DNA of 62,048 nucleotides from Mizuhopecten yessoensis. Its lineage: Eukaryota. Under the pieces are notes generated by a model that saw nothing but the letters and a program-made list of their open reading frames with translations, did not search any database and was not told the origin of the DNA. Both the position numbers and the translations under genes were made by a program. The first letter of the stretch is position 1, and each line of letters starts with the position of its first letter. The stretch covers positions 56,731 through 118,778 of the forward strand of contig NW_018408008.1 in NCBI RefSeq assembly GCF_002113885.1, read 5' to 3'. Shown here in pieces: positions 1-15,000 of this stretch.

Positions 1-799
1 CACCGTTAATTCCGGGAAGTATTTTCTACACGCAGAACGTCATAATACCATGCTAACCTTGTAGACAAAAGCATATACAATCACTTGTGTCTCTTATATA
101 TGAAATGTATGTCAGAGGAACTATGAAGACTCTACCCGTACAGTCAGAACTCCATTACTGATACTGCACATGAAGCCGGAGACATGGGCGGATATTCGTC
201 GATCAGAGCTCCCTCTGGTGGTATATAGGTATACTATTACTAGTGTGACACTGATGAATATTTTTTCTTTTAAAAACCTGTTCTCACTAAGGTTATATTA
301 ATATGCCCGCTTTACTGTCAGCGATTTCTGTATAATCCATGTAACATAATAGTATAATCGTGACAAGCCGGTAAACTGAATATGACTGAAGTAACACTAA
401 CAAAAGAAGGCGTTCTACACAGGATTGTTTCCCGACATTTAAGTCTGATATTAAACATGGGTTTGCCGTGTACGAACCAGGCACCAGCCCATACTCGACA
501 TTTTCGTGCGCTGGTTAAACGAGTAAGAGACAAGTACAGAGATAGCACAACGCCCCAACATTACCGTGCGCACATCTTGAATACATCGTGCGCAAACCTT
601 CCACACAGCAGTATGCTTTAACAATCGATCTGACCGTTGTGCGATAAAACTCACACGTATGTGTGATATGGTTGAGTTAAGGCTCGAGTAAGAATATGGT
701 ACATCATATTTAAGTCTGGACTGGTACTTCTTTAACTTTTTTCTAATTCTTCAATGCATGTTACACAGTATTGCAATTACTGTTAAACTGTCAAAAATA

Positions 800-2441
800 C
801 ACTGCCCTCCAAAAGTTCTGTTACATATTTAAAATTTTGCTGATAAATTATCTTTGACAAAACTATTGGAAAAAAATAATTCTTTAAATGTTTTTTTCTA
901 TTAATGAAAAGGGATTTGCCATCAATGATTATCCAAACTGAATCACAAAAAGGGTTTTGTCAAACAATTATGTTATTCACATTTTACGGAAATCGATCAG
1001 ATGTTTGAGAATTGTTAAATTTACTTAAATGTACTCGGTATTTTTTTTTATTTTTTTTTTAAATGACAAAATACATCACTATTCACCATTCATTGATTAT
1101 TTGTTATCTATTAAGTATAGTTGTACTATTCAATCACTTTACAAATACTAATAATAAGAAATGCAGCGAATGACAAGAAAAGAACGATTCCAGTGTGTTT
1201 TTTGTCCATCGCAATGGTGTTGCTGCCGCCCAAACTACAAGAATTATTGGAACCAACGGGTAAGTGAATGTTGGTTTCATCGCGGATTTTGGTGCATTTG
1301 CATACTTTTTTCATCCAGAACCTGTCTACTGTTTAACTGTTTCTCTTTTGTTGCAGACAGAACGTGTACATGGCGTTCTGGCCGGCCACAAATTTCTACC
1401 CCTTAGGATGATAGATTATTGGTCCGGACCAGTCTCAGAAATCGCAAGATAACCGTCCCTGAGCTTCGAAAAGGAGTGGATCCAAAATGGTTTGGTAGAG
1501 TCAAAAACCACAGTGAGGTGACGATTATACAATGCGGGATTGAAAGGTTGTGTTGCTGTCAATAAAAACACTTTTGACTGCTTCCCATCGTCGAAAAAGA
1601 TTGACATTTACACAGAACCATGCAAATTGGACATTGGTGGACTGGTCGACTGTTTTATGGACTGAGGAGCCTAGGTTCACCATTTTACAAACAGATGGCA
1701 GGACGTGTGTGAGAAGAAGGGCAAATAAACAATTGCGGCAATATTGTGTAGTGCCTACAGTTAAGTTTGGTGGTGGCGTTGTGACAGTTTGGGGTGTAAT
1801 GTCCTACCAAGGGACTGGATACCTCACTCTTTTGAAAGGAAATCTGAACGGAACCAAATACAGAGACATTTTAGAAAACAGCGGTACCATCAGCACACCT
1901 GCTAGGCTATGAACACAACTATTTCTTCGAGGATGACGATGCCCCATGCCATCGGGCACGAATAGTGAACGAATGGAAGGAGGACAATAGTATTCTGTCT
2001 TTTGATTCGCCCCCACAGTCCCTCGACTTGAACCCGATAAAAAAAAAATTGTAAAGAGAGATATGTTTTTTTGAATTTCGCCGACACAAGAGCATAAACC
2101 CAAGGAAACTTGACACTGCCTTACAGCTTGCATGGGATGGAATACCTGCTAGGATATGTAGAACTTTGGTTAGGAGTATGCCTGACTGTATACAGGCTGT
2201 GATTAGAGCTCGTGGAGGATACACTAAATATTAATGGAATAACAATGTTTTTGACAATTTACATAATAGCTGATTTTTGTAACAATATGTTAACTTAACT
2301 TAATAAAATCAACACAAATTATTGACCAATAACTTAGTTAATAACATATACAAATGATTATAAAAAACAAGATTGGCATAATTATGTACTTTAATTATAT
2401 ATCGAACAATGCAAATGTAACAGAACTTTTGGAGGGCAGTG
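800..2441 (+). mobile_element. Tc1-family DNA transposon, full length, dead transposase
   Basis: 27-bp perfect TIRs (CACTGCCCTCCAAAAGTTCTGTTACAT at 800-826, reverse complement at 2415-2441) and TA TSD. Transposase remnants SGRP, WTEEPRF, PTVKFGGG.V.VWG, DDAPCHRA, PPQSLDLNP, with frameshifts. Confidence 0.93.
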
Positions 2442-2711
2442 TATGTGTTAGTGTCAGGTAGACTACTCATACACTTACGTTATAATAAATCAATGGGGTT
2501 GATCGCCTAGTATAGTTCATTAATTATTTGAAAGGTATCAAGACACAACTTGTCTTACATGTGCTAATTGTGTCTGCTACACTTTGTGTGAACAATTAAA
2601 ACCTCCTTCACGTTTCATTAGTGATACAAATAAATTGTACCCGAAACAGGTAGATGGTAATGGGTAAGGCTGATTTGGTTACATTTTATTTGCGCGTACC
2701 GTGTCAATTAA

Positions 2712-3724
2712 GGATGTACACCTCTGAAAAGTCAAACATTTCCTGTATTAAACTTTTTTTCTTGTATGGATTTTTGGAAAAAGGAGTTAATGGCATAGTG
2801 GAAAATGCAAAAAAAACTAGATGTCCGTGTGTTCGTTTTTGCGTTATGATCGGTCAAATTTAACACAACATGTGATTTTAGGTGATTTTTGTGGTTTTGA
2901 TCATTTGCAGAACAAATTCATACAATTTCTTCCGCGTGGGTTATCAGATATGTAGGAATGTTTGGGGAGTTGATGGAAATATTTATTTTTTTTCTTTTAA
3001 ATTATGGAGGTAAAATTTCTTAATCTTATTCTTTTAACTCAGAAAGCCGATTTTAGTTACCCCTATCCCCTATTTTTTCTGAAAAAATACTCATTTTTTA
3101 CCATTTTTTTGCAGATTAAACGCTTGATATTAAGAGTTCTGCTATTAAACTTTTTTTTTAATATTTAATGAATTAACAAAAAATGTGTTTCTCTTTGTAA
3201 AATATCCACAAACATGGGGGATAGGTGTGCTTCTTTTTTTGTCCCATGATCATTTATGTTATGTTTGACCTTTTTTGGGGTCAAAAATCAAAAGTGCTTC
3301 AGTTACACTAAACATGTTAAAAAATATCAATAATGTATACTTTTCCAGTTTGTTGCATATCATTTTTATCATATTAAACCCTATAAAGTTGTACAGCAAA
3401 ATTGAACCTGCTACAATTAAAAATAGCGACACAATGACAATTTAAATGATCAATCTAGTGTCAAAAAAGGTGAAATTTTGGCCTTTTTTGAAGCGCAAGA
3501 AATACACATTATTACACATTTTCAAAACGGCCGCTGAATTGGTATTTCTTTTTGAATTATTTTAAAAAAAGTTCTACAAACAGCAGGCATCTATTTTTTG
3601 TACATATTTTTCAGATGCGTGTTTGCTAATAAACTGGATCACAATTTGTTTAATATTACAGAAACATGTTACACCATATCAAAACGAGACTTGAACGTGA
3701 TTGAAATCTCAGATGAGTACATCC
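2712..3724. mobile_element. Non-autonomous TTAA-specific DNA transposon (Kolobok-like)
   Basis: TTAA at 2708-2711 and 3725-3728. Imperfect 16-bp TIR GGATGTACACCTCTGA / GGATGTACTCATCTGA. Empty sites are seen in paralogs at ~5829 and ~19493. Confidence 0.8.
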
Positions 3725-6344
3725 TTAAGGTAGTTTCAAAATATTAGTTTGTAGGTAATTTGTCCATAACTGCTACATGCTAAAAAGTTTGATACCACCT
3801 TTATTTCTGGCTGATATATGGTAACATTCTTTTACTAAGAAAGATATAAGCTTAATCACAAAATCGCACAGTTATCGCACAGTTTTCCACCGAGCGAACA
3901 TCATGCGACTTTGTGCGACTAAAGAAATGAAGTTATGATGTCACAATCAATAAATGTATATGACACTCGCCTATAGGCTCGTGTCTGATTAAATAATTGA
4001 ACTCGTTTAATAAATTCATTATGACATGAACACGACTGTACAATGCTCTATTTCTAGGGGAAATAGTCTCATTACATATATGACACTGCACTTATTTTAA
4101 AATAATTTGTTGTTTGTTTTTTAGCAACACATATCCATCATTTGCTACCCCGCTGAAGTGGGCATGGTTTTTAACATTAACAACAATTTCCCCTCTTCAG
4201 TCCAACCCCTGTGTCCTCAGGGGGACACTTCCTCCATTCATACACAATTGATTCATCATTGCTAAATGATTGTCGTAACCATATTAGGATAAAACCCCTC
4301 AATTAGTTGTTGTTTATACATTGTAGTTATTACCTGAATATTTACCTTGTAGGCGGATACTCTACAATCAAAGTTCCCTGGTGTGTTGTATTCAGATAAG
4401 TTAAGACCTTACTATTGACATGGTAGGCAGATAATCTACTATCAGAGCTTTCTGGTGTTTTAACCATACAGAGGAAAAAACATGTCTACACGATGACGTT
4501 GTTAGGTTCAGAGTTTGATATTTATCGTTAGACAGGTAAACGAGGTATATGGGATAACGTCGTAGTCGGATTACTGTCAGCCGGAATTATATCTGGTGAT
4601 GAGTAACGTAATATTACTTGTTTTGAAACCTGTTTTCGCATAGATTATATAAATGCATACGTACTACGTTATTTCTCTAAAGAACATACCAGGAAGTAAG
4701 ACAAAGATACACTTCTGAAATGTTGGTTAATTATGATGAGTATATACGACCAACTCACATTAACAAAAGGAATGTTTGTCTGTACAAGTCTGGCTTTTGA
4801 CATGGGTTTGATGTTTAAAGAGTACGAGACATTCTCAGTTAGAACCGTGCTCTGATAAACAATTAATTTTTTTTTCAAGAGAAACCAAGTGGGAAACTTA
4901 TATTTCTGTTACGTTTTAACATTTACTTGTTATCATCACACTATGCTCATGCAATATGTCTTTTTCATGTCAATTACTCTATTTTAAAAGAAAACTGTCA
5001 TACCCTCTTGTAAATGCCGGATACATGGGTGGATATTCGTCGATCAGAGCTCCCTCTGGTGGTGTATAGGTATAATATTACTAATGTAACACTGATGAAT
5101 ATTTTTTTCTTTTAGAAAACTCTTCTCACGAAGGTTCTATTAATACGCCCAGCTCATCTTTCAGCGATTTCTGTATAATCCATGTAACATAATATCAAAA
5201 TCGTGACAAGTTAGTAAACTGAATATGACTGAAGTAACATTAACAAAAGAAGGCGTTCAAAACAGGATTGTTTTCCGACATTTAAGTCTGATATTAAACA
5301 TGGGTGTGTTGTGTACGAACCAGGCACCAGCCCATACTCGACATGCTCGTGCACTGGTTAAACGAGAAAGAGATAAGTACAGAGATAGCACAACGCCCCA
5401 ACATTACCGTGCGCACATACATCGTGCGCAAACCTTCCACACAAAGCTCCCGCAACTGTATGATTTAACAATCGATCTGACCGTTGTGCGATAAAAATCA
5501 AACGTATGTGTTATATGGTTGATTTGTGGCTCGAGTAAGAATATGGTACATTGTATACGTATTTAAGTCTGGACTGGTACTTTTTTACTTTTTTCTAGTT
5601 CTTCAATGCATGTTACAAAGCATGGCAATGACTGTATAACTGTCCCATCGATGATTTGAAAGATATCAAGACACAACTTACCACACATGTGCTAATTGTG
5701 TCTGCTACAGATTGTGTATACAATTAAAACCTCCTTCACGGTTGACTAGTGATACGAATAAATTGTACCCGAAACAGGTAGATGGTAAGGCTGATTTGGT
5801 TACATTTTATTTGCGCGTACCGTGTCAATTAAGGTCGTTTCAATGGTATTAGTTTGTAAGAAATGTGTCCATAACTGCTACATGATAAATATTTTGATAG
5901 CCATCTTATTCTCACTTATATATATGGTAACATTCTTTTAACGGGAAAGATAAAAGCTTAATCACGAAATTGTACTAATTCATAGACAATTCTGTGAAAT
6001 ATATATCCACCACGATACGAATCGAACAACTGTTCGCATGCTGTTATCGCACAGTTTCCCACCGTGCGAACAACATGTGACTTTGAGCGACTAAAGAAAC
6101 GAAGTTAGGATGCCGCATTCAATAAATTGATATGACATGGACACGAATGAAATATCCTCTATTTCTCATTGAATATATGACACTGCACTTTTTTTGTCAT
6201 TAAGCAACACATATCCGTCATTTGCTACCGCGCTGAAGTGGGGATGATCTTTAACATTAACCACAATTTCCCCTCTTCGGCCCAAGCCCTGTGTCCTCAG
6301 GGGTACTTCCTCTATTCATACACAATTGATTCATCATTGCTAAA

Positions 6345-6860
6345 TGACCCTCTACGTTGTAAAGTGTGAACCCCTCACCCTGTCGAATAAGTCTGACCTC
6401 CCTCTCTACCTTGTAAGTATGAACCCTTTAACTTACCCGGTAAGTCTGAACAACTCTCTCTACATTGTAAAGTATGAACCCTTCACCTTACTGGTAAGTA
6501 TGAACATCACTCTCTACACTGTTAACTGTGGACTCCTCACCCTACCTGGTGAGTCTGAACATCCCTCTCGACCTTGTAAAGTGTGAACCCCTAACCCTAC
6601 TTGATAATCCTGAACATATCTCTCTACCTTGTAAAGTGTGAACCCCTAACCCTACCCGAAAAACCAGACCCTCCCTCTCTTCATTGTAAAATGTGAATTC
6701 CTCACCCTTCGTGATAATTATGAACATCCCTCTCTACATTGTAGATTTTCTATAAGTGTGGAACACTCACCCTACCTCGTAGTCTGACTGCACTCTCTAC
6801 TTTGTAAAGTGTGAACCCATCAACCTTCATGGCAAGTGTTACCTCCCTCTCTTAATTGCA
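6345..6860. repeat. ~54-bp minisatellite (ccctctctaccttgtaaagtgtgaacccctcaccctacctggtaagtctga), ~9-10 units
   Basis: Visible tandem periodicity. Confidence 0.85.
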
Positions 6861-8060
6861 AAGTTATATATGTTGATCGTGTAAATAACCTAAATAGAGT
6901 ACCGTGCTGTGATCCAGTGCAGAAACCATGGACTACAGAGTAAATGACCTATGTATAGTATCGCGGTGTGATACTGGGAACGGGTTTAAGCACACATGAA
7001 AGATGGTAAATGACAATATATGTGCGTGCGCTTGCCGGGTGTCATAATATGACAGACCGGAGTAATACAAGTGTCCTGCAGTGCACTATTATCTTTTAAT
7101 AATATGACAGGAACTATATTATATATGTATATTTAACTGGTATTAAACAGGGTTAACAGTTATATCAGAAAAAAGGATGATCAAGATACCTACAATAAAT
7201 GTTCATGTATCATTATTGCTTTTTCCAAATTTGATGTATAATTGTAATTAGTTAACAATTTAAATAATCATGATCAAATATAATTACCGCCATTGACTTG
7301 TGATAATAAGATCTGAATTATTTAATTGGGTACGGACAAGACATGGCCGTTTTACTATTGCTAATATTGGTCTGACTAAATAACGTGTTCAAGCTTTTTG
7401 ATTAAAAGATAAGTGATCAGTCCGTTGTGAAATGACTTCAAAATCAAAAAGGAGATATTGGAAAAAAAAAAAAAAAAAGGCATATATCGTATTACTTGTA
7501 AAAGAGAATACCTGAAAAAAAAGAGACATCGCATTGTTTTTCACCAATAACAGCTTTGGATATCTCCCTTTTTCCCATTTTTTGCACATAACTTTTTTGA
7601 TTATAATATAATTTATTATCAAATACAAGAAATCTTAATTAAAATAACGATCGATCTTGCTCCTAGGCAATATAAACGTTTGCTATGCTGTACATATGTT
7701 TACATATATTTTTGTTTTATTTGCGACGTTTTCGGCAGGATTTCACTGCCAACTCAACTATTTCAATTTCCAAAATTCATATTAATTGTATTGACAAATA
7801 TAAATACTAGGTAAGCAATACAATTTTGTTATTGACAGATATCATAACGAGTAAAGAGGTCGTTTGAAATCGTTTACGCGTAATATGAAAAGGCAAAGCC
7901 TTAAAAGAGCGAAGCTTTCGTTGATCTCTGATATTTAATGAATTAGAATGAGATAATACAGCTTTAAGAATGAGGCAAGATAAACATTATTTGAATTCGG
8001 CTAGTCGAGTGATAGCAATAAAACATAAACTCTAATGAGATTAAGACCGATACAACAATA

Positions 8061-8630
8061 GGGGAGATCGGGGCAAATTCGGCCCATTTTTATTAAAGTA
8101 CGTTCTGGGAAGTATGGCAGCAAGTCCGTTTTTGAACATTATTTAATTTTTACCTGTCGGCATTCGGGTAAATTCGGCCCCATTGGATTCAGCTTAATTA
8201 TAACGTTATAAAGCATGCAACGTCATATTTTACCGCCAACTTTTCGACTTTTTATGTGTTACATGGGCCGAACTTGCCACGATATCATTGACTGAAACTG
8301 TCCGGGCCCAAATTGATATTTCAATAAATTCTTATCGTACAGCAATATGGTAGTGAGTGTTTGGCTTTGCTTTTATGTCCATGTATATCATTTGAAGCTG
8401 TCAGTGTGTTACACGTTTGACCGTATTTTTTTTAGCGAAAGTTCGCATCAGTAGAAGCGAGATCATGATTTTCTTTCTCAAAAGTAATTTGTTTAGTAAT
8501 TTTACATTAGAGTTTTCCTTGCCATTTTTACATGTGAATGCCCAGCCAACTAAACTGCTAAGATCTTTAAAGTTGTAAATATTAGCTCAAAAATAAATAT
8601 CAGGAGTGGTCCAACTTTCCCCGGTCTCCC
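8061..8630. mobile_element. MITE with ~25-bp imperfect TIRs (GGGGAGATCGGGGCAAATTCGG...)
   Basis: Left end ta|ggggagatcggggcaaattcggccca and right end ggtccaactttccccggtctccc; internal sub-repeats aattcggccc / gggccgaac. Confidence 0.65.
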
Positions 8631-8919
8631 AAATGTAGATTTTTTTGCATCGTTGATGCATTTTGACGCCATTTTCAAAGCTACAGCAAAGAGTTGTTCT
8701 TGTATAAAACATTATACAAAACATCGGGAAAAATGTGTTTTAGATATAATTATTATCCATATAAAGCTAATTTAAGTGGACTAATCAAGTGTAAACGAAA
8801 GTACATTAGTCTAAGATGCAGCTTTATAATTATATATTTTTTAAATAATATATTTAGACATACGGGGTATCGAAATTGTATCCATATAACAAAGCATTGC
8901 TAAGCGGGGTATTGTAATA

Positions 8920-9080
8920 GTCCCCTCGTTGTCAACATTACTTGATATTAAGTGTAGTTTAAGGGTTAGACATGTTTGATGGTCGGGTAGGTGAACCGAT
9001 ACCTTTACAAGTACGATGTGGGAATCAAACCACGGTCGCCATTATGAAAGGCGAGTGCGTTATTCACTACGCCACCTGAC
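8920..9080 (-). mobile_element. Degenerate tRNA-derived SINE 5' region
   Basis: The reverse complement shows box A (TGGCGTAGTG) and box B-like (GGTTTGATTCC) elements. Paralog at ~26135-26297; fragment at ~33679. Confidence 0.55.
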
Positions 9081-11436
9081 AACCATAACCACCCTTGCAA
9101 ACGTCTCTAATTAGGCATTATTGTACGAAAATATTCCCATTTAATTTATATAACATTACAACTATTTCAAATATTGGCTATGTCACTCAGCAACATTTGT
9201 CCCTCACCGAGTTCCTTTTTGGTTACTCCGCTAAAGTGGGATTGGTTTTAAACATTAACCTCAATTCCCACTATTTGTCCCCACACATGTGCTCTCAGGC
9301 GGATACATCTTCCATTTTACACTATTGGTTTCTAAATTGACTTAGGATACTCTAAACCATAAACTCCCTCAATTAGTTGTATTTTATGCAGGGTAGTTAA
9401 GGTCTGAATATTGGCATTGTAGATGGATAATATCAATCTAAGTTCTCTAGTGTATTTTATACAGAGTGGAATATGCCTAACCATTTACTTTTTAGGTAGA
9501 AATTTTACAATATGAATTCCCTAGTGTATTTGATACACGTTGACCTTGTGAGGTACGGTGTCATATGTATTGATGGACAGGTAAACAAGATTTGTGGGTT
9601 AACCTCGTAGGCGGATTCCCCTCAGCCGGATGTGCCTCTGGTAGTGCACAGCATGACATATCTGAACAGTCGTTTTTGTTTTGAAACCTGTTTTCACATA
9701 GAGTTATAAATACACGCGTACTACGTTTAGCTATTTCTATAAAGCAAATACCAGGAAGTAAGACAACAATGGATTCATGAAAAGCCGGTGAATTATGATT
9801 ATATACGAACAACTAACATTAAAAAATAAGACTTTTCTATACAAGCCTGGCAAACACGGGTTTGGTGTTTACGGACCAGGATGACATTTTCAGTTGATAC
9901 TGTGCTCTTGTAAACAAGCATAACACTTTTCTTCAAATGGGAACCAAGTGGGAAACCGATATTTATGTTACTTTGTAACAATAACTTATGAAGTATATAC
10001 CAACGAATCCATGGGACACTACGCTATTTTGATGCAATATGTCTTTACAATGTTACAATCACTTTAAAGGAAAACTGTCACATCCTCCTTTAAGTAGTGT
10101 AATTTCAATTCCCATTACATAATATAGTTTTGTAATTTCCCCACCAAACAGTTACCAGGTGTGGTGGACACATGTAAAGATAGCCTGATGCTAATACCAA
10201 CTGTATGTGTGGCAGCTATTGTGATTTGCTCACGTTTTGATTCCAAACACTTTTCGTGTCCAATAGTAAAATTGTATATAATTATAATTAAAGACAGTGA
10301 TCTCAGTATCTGATAAAACAAACTGCATATACTTTAGCAACGATATCACAATCACCTAAAACCTGTTATAGGTGCTCAAATAAACCATTGAAATTAAATG
10401 AAATGAAATAGTCATGTGAAGGGTTTCCAAATACTTACCATGGTAATTTTAGGGAAGAAAAACTATGAAACCCAGACAAGATATTGATAGAACAATCCAG
10501 ACACATGGGAATGCTCATTTGTGTGAAGTGTGCTAACGATAGTTTCGTGTAGACCTTCACAACATTAATAACAGGTCGTACAAGGAATTTAGTAACGGTA
10601 ATTTAGCGACTAATACATAATGCTGTTATGTTTACTTTGTTCGTAGTGCATGCGTACTGTATTGTATTGAATCATATTTTCTGCATACATTATGCATCCT
10701 TGTTTGTCATTATATTTGTTTTTGATATAATTGCACTATTAAATAATTGTTGAAATATGTATCAATTATTGTGAATTACTTTTATTTGTAAATAACCATT
10801 TCTTTAAAAAATATACAATTATGGATTTTTGTGCTTGTGAATATGAAGTGATATGAACCTGAAAAAAAAGTTATATCAATCAGGAATTATCGAAGGTGTT
10901 TCAAATGAACAACCAATTCTCTTCCTACAATTCCATTTCTCTTTTTGCAGAAATGGAATATTACATTTAGAGCGCCTTTTGTATGACAATGATAAATGAT
11001 ATACGTGTTATGCTATTGAGTTACAACAGTTATCAAAATTTGTACCATTATAACTGAGTTAAAAATATCATCTAAAGCCGTAAACACTTGAGGTGATTTC
11101 ACGAGAAAAAATATCTTAGAGTTTGATCCATGATTCAAACATGTATGACTTGGAATGTTTAGAGTACATAGTTATCTCATATAGGGTGAAGTGTGTTAAT
11201 TTGAGTGAACCGGGGTAATGGAGGGGTATAGGGTAAGGGGAAATTGACAGAATTTAACTAAATACTACTTATAGTGGGAGTTCAATCTGGGTACGAAGGC
11301 ATGAACCAGAGTACGACGAAAAAAAGTATTGACGTGAACAAGGTGACTTCGATAATTGTGGCCTACGAGAGAGTGAGATATATGAGAACCGATCATGTTG
11401 ATTCTAATTCCAATAAGGTAACTATACTTTGCATAC

Positions 11437-12029
11437 TGTGAATATCCATGTTGTGTATACGTTCTGGTAAGTTCGAGTTGAATATGCTTGCCAAACTATT
11501 GTATACCTAGCGTTGCCACAGGGTACGCTATTGCTGCATTGTGTCCAGCTCGCATGAATGATTGAGTCGGTGGGGAAAGTATATCATTGGTCAGTAGCAG
11601 TAAGTAGCCAATCGGGTATAGGGCGATATAGACAAATTATGAGTTCATCAGTACATTACTAGCACGAGGACCAGGTAAGCTTCACTATTATGTATATGAA
11701 TCTACTCTGGACTGACTGTTTCCATATCAGGTATGTTGTAGAGTTTTTGTTGTCGATCCTGTGTTTGTTCACTTATTATATTATAGTTTACAGTATTACG
11801 GCTACTGGTGAAGACTTTTGTAATGTTCAATAGTTTAGTAGTACATGCTTACAGTATTGTATTGAATCATACCGATACTTTTTTTCTGCATATGTAACTA
11901 ATTTATGTTCGTCATAATATTTCAGTTTTATATCATTGTAACATGTTCTTAATCATGGAATTTTGGATTAATTATTGTGACTTGCTTGCAGTTGTAACTG
12001 ACCATTGCTTGAAAATAAAATAAAACGCA
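11437..12029 (+). mobile_element. Possible solo LTR or spliced-leader-bearing repeat
   Basis: TG...CA bounds, several plus-strand donors (cag|gtaagc, cag|gtatgt) and acceptors, and AATAAA just before the end. Partial copies at ~10640-10820 and ~27725-27922. No clear TSD. Confidence 0.3.
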
Positions 12030-15000
12030 ATTAACCTGGCGAAGCGAGTTGTTGTTTCTCTACCCACCTACATGAAACTACATTTAGAACATTGAACTCT
12101 AATCTAGAAAAAAAGTAAATTCTGTATACAGAGGGGAAATAAATGGTCTGATAGGGAGGGTGAGATATAGAAGAATGGCGCTGATTAAGATGGGGCTTCT
12201 GACGACCACAGTCCACCCTTCTTCCAACCTCCGTTAATAGTCAAGATAGCCTTTTGAGGTAGAAGGCTTCCTGCGGAATAAGTACACGTCTGGATCCAAG
12301 CTCTTCAGCCCCGTTTCTATTACATCTGCGCTACTAACATCAATATTTCGACCGGAAATATGTTTTATGAGTAACACACGGAAATTTAGTTTAAAAAGAA
12401 AATGGTGAACTTGTTCCTTGGAAATAAACACTGATGTAACTGTCATTCCAATTCTTGTTCCGGACTTTGACAGTGATGTTTCAAAATTATCAACCAATCA
12501 CCTCTTGTCATTCTGTATTTTTTATCATTAATCTTGAAACAACATTGATCACGTGGTAGGCTTTCTCTGCTGTGTACCTTTCGCGAATCAATATCGAGGT
12601 ACCTTCACTAGGACATACCAAAATCCTTACACTGGTATATTGATGTTGTAATTCCCTAAGTAACATTCAGCATTTGGGGTAATTACAACAACTGGCATAC
12701 TATGCGACTGAGTGGAATACTGTGCTGGATTAAGTATAGGGCATTTAATAAAATCCCCAATTATGCAAGGGGTTCTTACATAAGTTGCCTCTTACAGCAT
12801 ACCGTATGAAACGAGGAAAACATCTCCCCTACTTGATCGCACTAAAAAATCGATCTTGAAAGGGTGATCTTAATACATGCAATTCCGATAGAGTATCGTC
12901 GCCTGTATTGGAACCCTGTTTATGTCGTCGCTAGCTCTAACTATGCACTACTCGATTTTAAAGACGAACAGCATTCGTGAGTAATACCTGATTGTTTGAG
13001 GATCATTATATGTCATCCTGAAAGCACACTTACATAATACTTGGAATGTTTTGGTTTTTTTTGCTTTGACGGTGTAAAAACAAAACTAAGCTGATGGTAT
13101 GACCAATTTCAATAAATTTCATCACTTGTATATATCATCAGTAGTCCCTCTCTGCTCGATATGGAATGTACTTTAACTTCGTTAATATTGAGAATCGACT
13201 AACATCATTGCACTACATATTGATTACTGTTTTGCAGTCCATTTTCCCTCGTTCACATAAAATATTTGTATATCTGTATTCCCTAAGACATTCATTAACA
13301 TTCGATCATTCATTGTAAACTATCCAGATCTGTGACTACCCTTTTCCATAAGATGTTGTTTAACTCAATACTTTGGGTTAAATTAACTAAATTGAATTGT
13401 TGAATTATCAGGTGTTTGACCACTGTTAGCCTTGAATTATAACTGACGTATTGAGGCCGGGGTTACATTGCGAAATGTTGCGTGTCTGTGTATAATTTAT
13501 ACCTTCTTGGTTTGTTTATTTGTAATACATATATGTAAGATACGTATCGAAGAATTCTTTACAAATATAATATGTATAGAACTTAACACTTAAAATCAGG
13601 TGTATTGTCACAGTCAACCTTTCAGGAAACCTAACGCGTGGTCATATTTTACAGCGAATAGAGGACGGAAAATATTGTGGAATGTGGCGTGTCTGTGCAT
13701 AATTTATACCTTCTTGGAAACTGATATGTTTGTTTATTTATAATACATATATGTAAGGTACCTACCTGAGAATTCGGGGATTGTGGTTGCATTACAGATA
13801 GCAACACTAGAACTAAAACCACGGTGATATTTATTTTGCTTTCTGAAGTCTAGGGTGTGATTGTGGAACGCTGTTTGTCTTTTAAAAGGTGCATATTTTT
13901 GGGGAATGTCATTTAAGGGCTCGTCAGAATCCATGATTTTTTACAATATATACAGGAAGGATAAACCGTGTTAAATGGGATTATAATATGATTATATCAA
14001 TAAGCAATCAACTATTTTACGTTTTTTTCATTTTTGGACTTGAAACGAATGGAGCTTCAAACATCCGAAAAATCGACTAGTAGTACTGCTATCATTTTAC
14101 ATACATAAGAAACATTTTAGAAAGAATGTACACATTCCTATGCGTTTTTGAAGGGTTGACTTTTGACAATTGGATTACTTGTTGATATATCCAGGAAGTG
14201 TTAAAGCTAGAAAGTTATGATCACATTATTAAGTAAACCGTCACACTATACGTTATCCTATCAACCAAATCTATGAAAGCTGGGTCCACGTCTGAGTACT
14301 TTGATCTTCCATGTGTAACATTATGTGGAGGGCCTCTAATGAGTATATCAGAATGTGTGAGATAAGTTCAACTGGCATAGAGCTGGGAGCAAGTAACCTC
14401 CTCGCTGCGGTTCCCAGGGCCCGTAGCGAGGCCAGGGCAGACAAGGTTTACATTTCTAATGCACTTTAAAACCGTAGTTGCTGATCTCGAGAGACCATCC
14501 TTGCTGCTATACACTTTTAGTGGCCGATCGTATAAAAGGTTTACAATATGTATGTGACCGTTTCATATTGATCTGCTCGGAGATTAATGCATGCTAGCTG
14601 TTTTTAATACCGACATGGCTCGGAATACAAAGCAAAACACTTTTTTTTCACTTTTTTGAGATAAAAGATATGCGGATAGCGAAGTGTTGTATATACGTGT
14701 TTTGAACTTGTCACTGCAGACTTTAAAGGTACGATAAAGAGTCAGAACAAAAAAAATGCCCTTGTAACGCAATGTTCAACAACATAGTCAAGGGCCAAAC
14801 CGAGAGCTAACGTTTCTGCGATTCCTTGTTAAAGATGGACACTATATGATACAAGTAGTAGAATAAGAAGGACATGCAAGCCGCACAAAAACGGCCCGTA
14901 TTGCCATAAAAAAAGCATGATTTAAAGGCAAATTTCTAAATTTTGACCTTGATATCTTGAAATAATTATCTGCACGCTGAAGTTCATAATGTTACACGGG

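Noticed and set aside
382-621. Repeated ORF MTEVTLTKEGV... (also 5225-5494 and 18771-19052)
   Set aside because: It recurs only because of the segmental duplications. Copies carry frameshifting indels, and there is no domain or splice support.
9018-9080. Possible tRNA gene
   Set aside because: It has box A/B but a degenerate cloverleaf, and it continues into repeat body sequence with paralogs, so it is a SINE head.
10440-10463. Possible 24-nt minus-strand microexon (FFFPKITM) with a gtaagt donor
   Set aside because: The acceptor is weak and no neighbouring exons support it.
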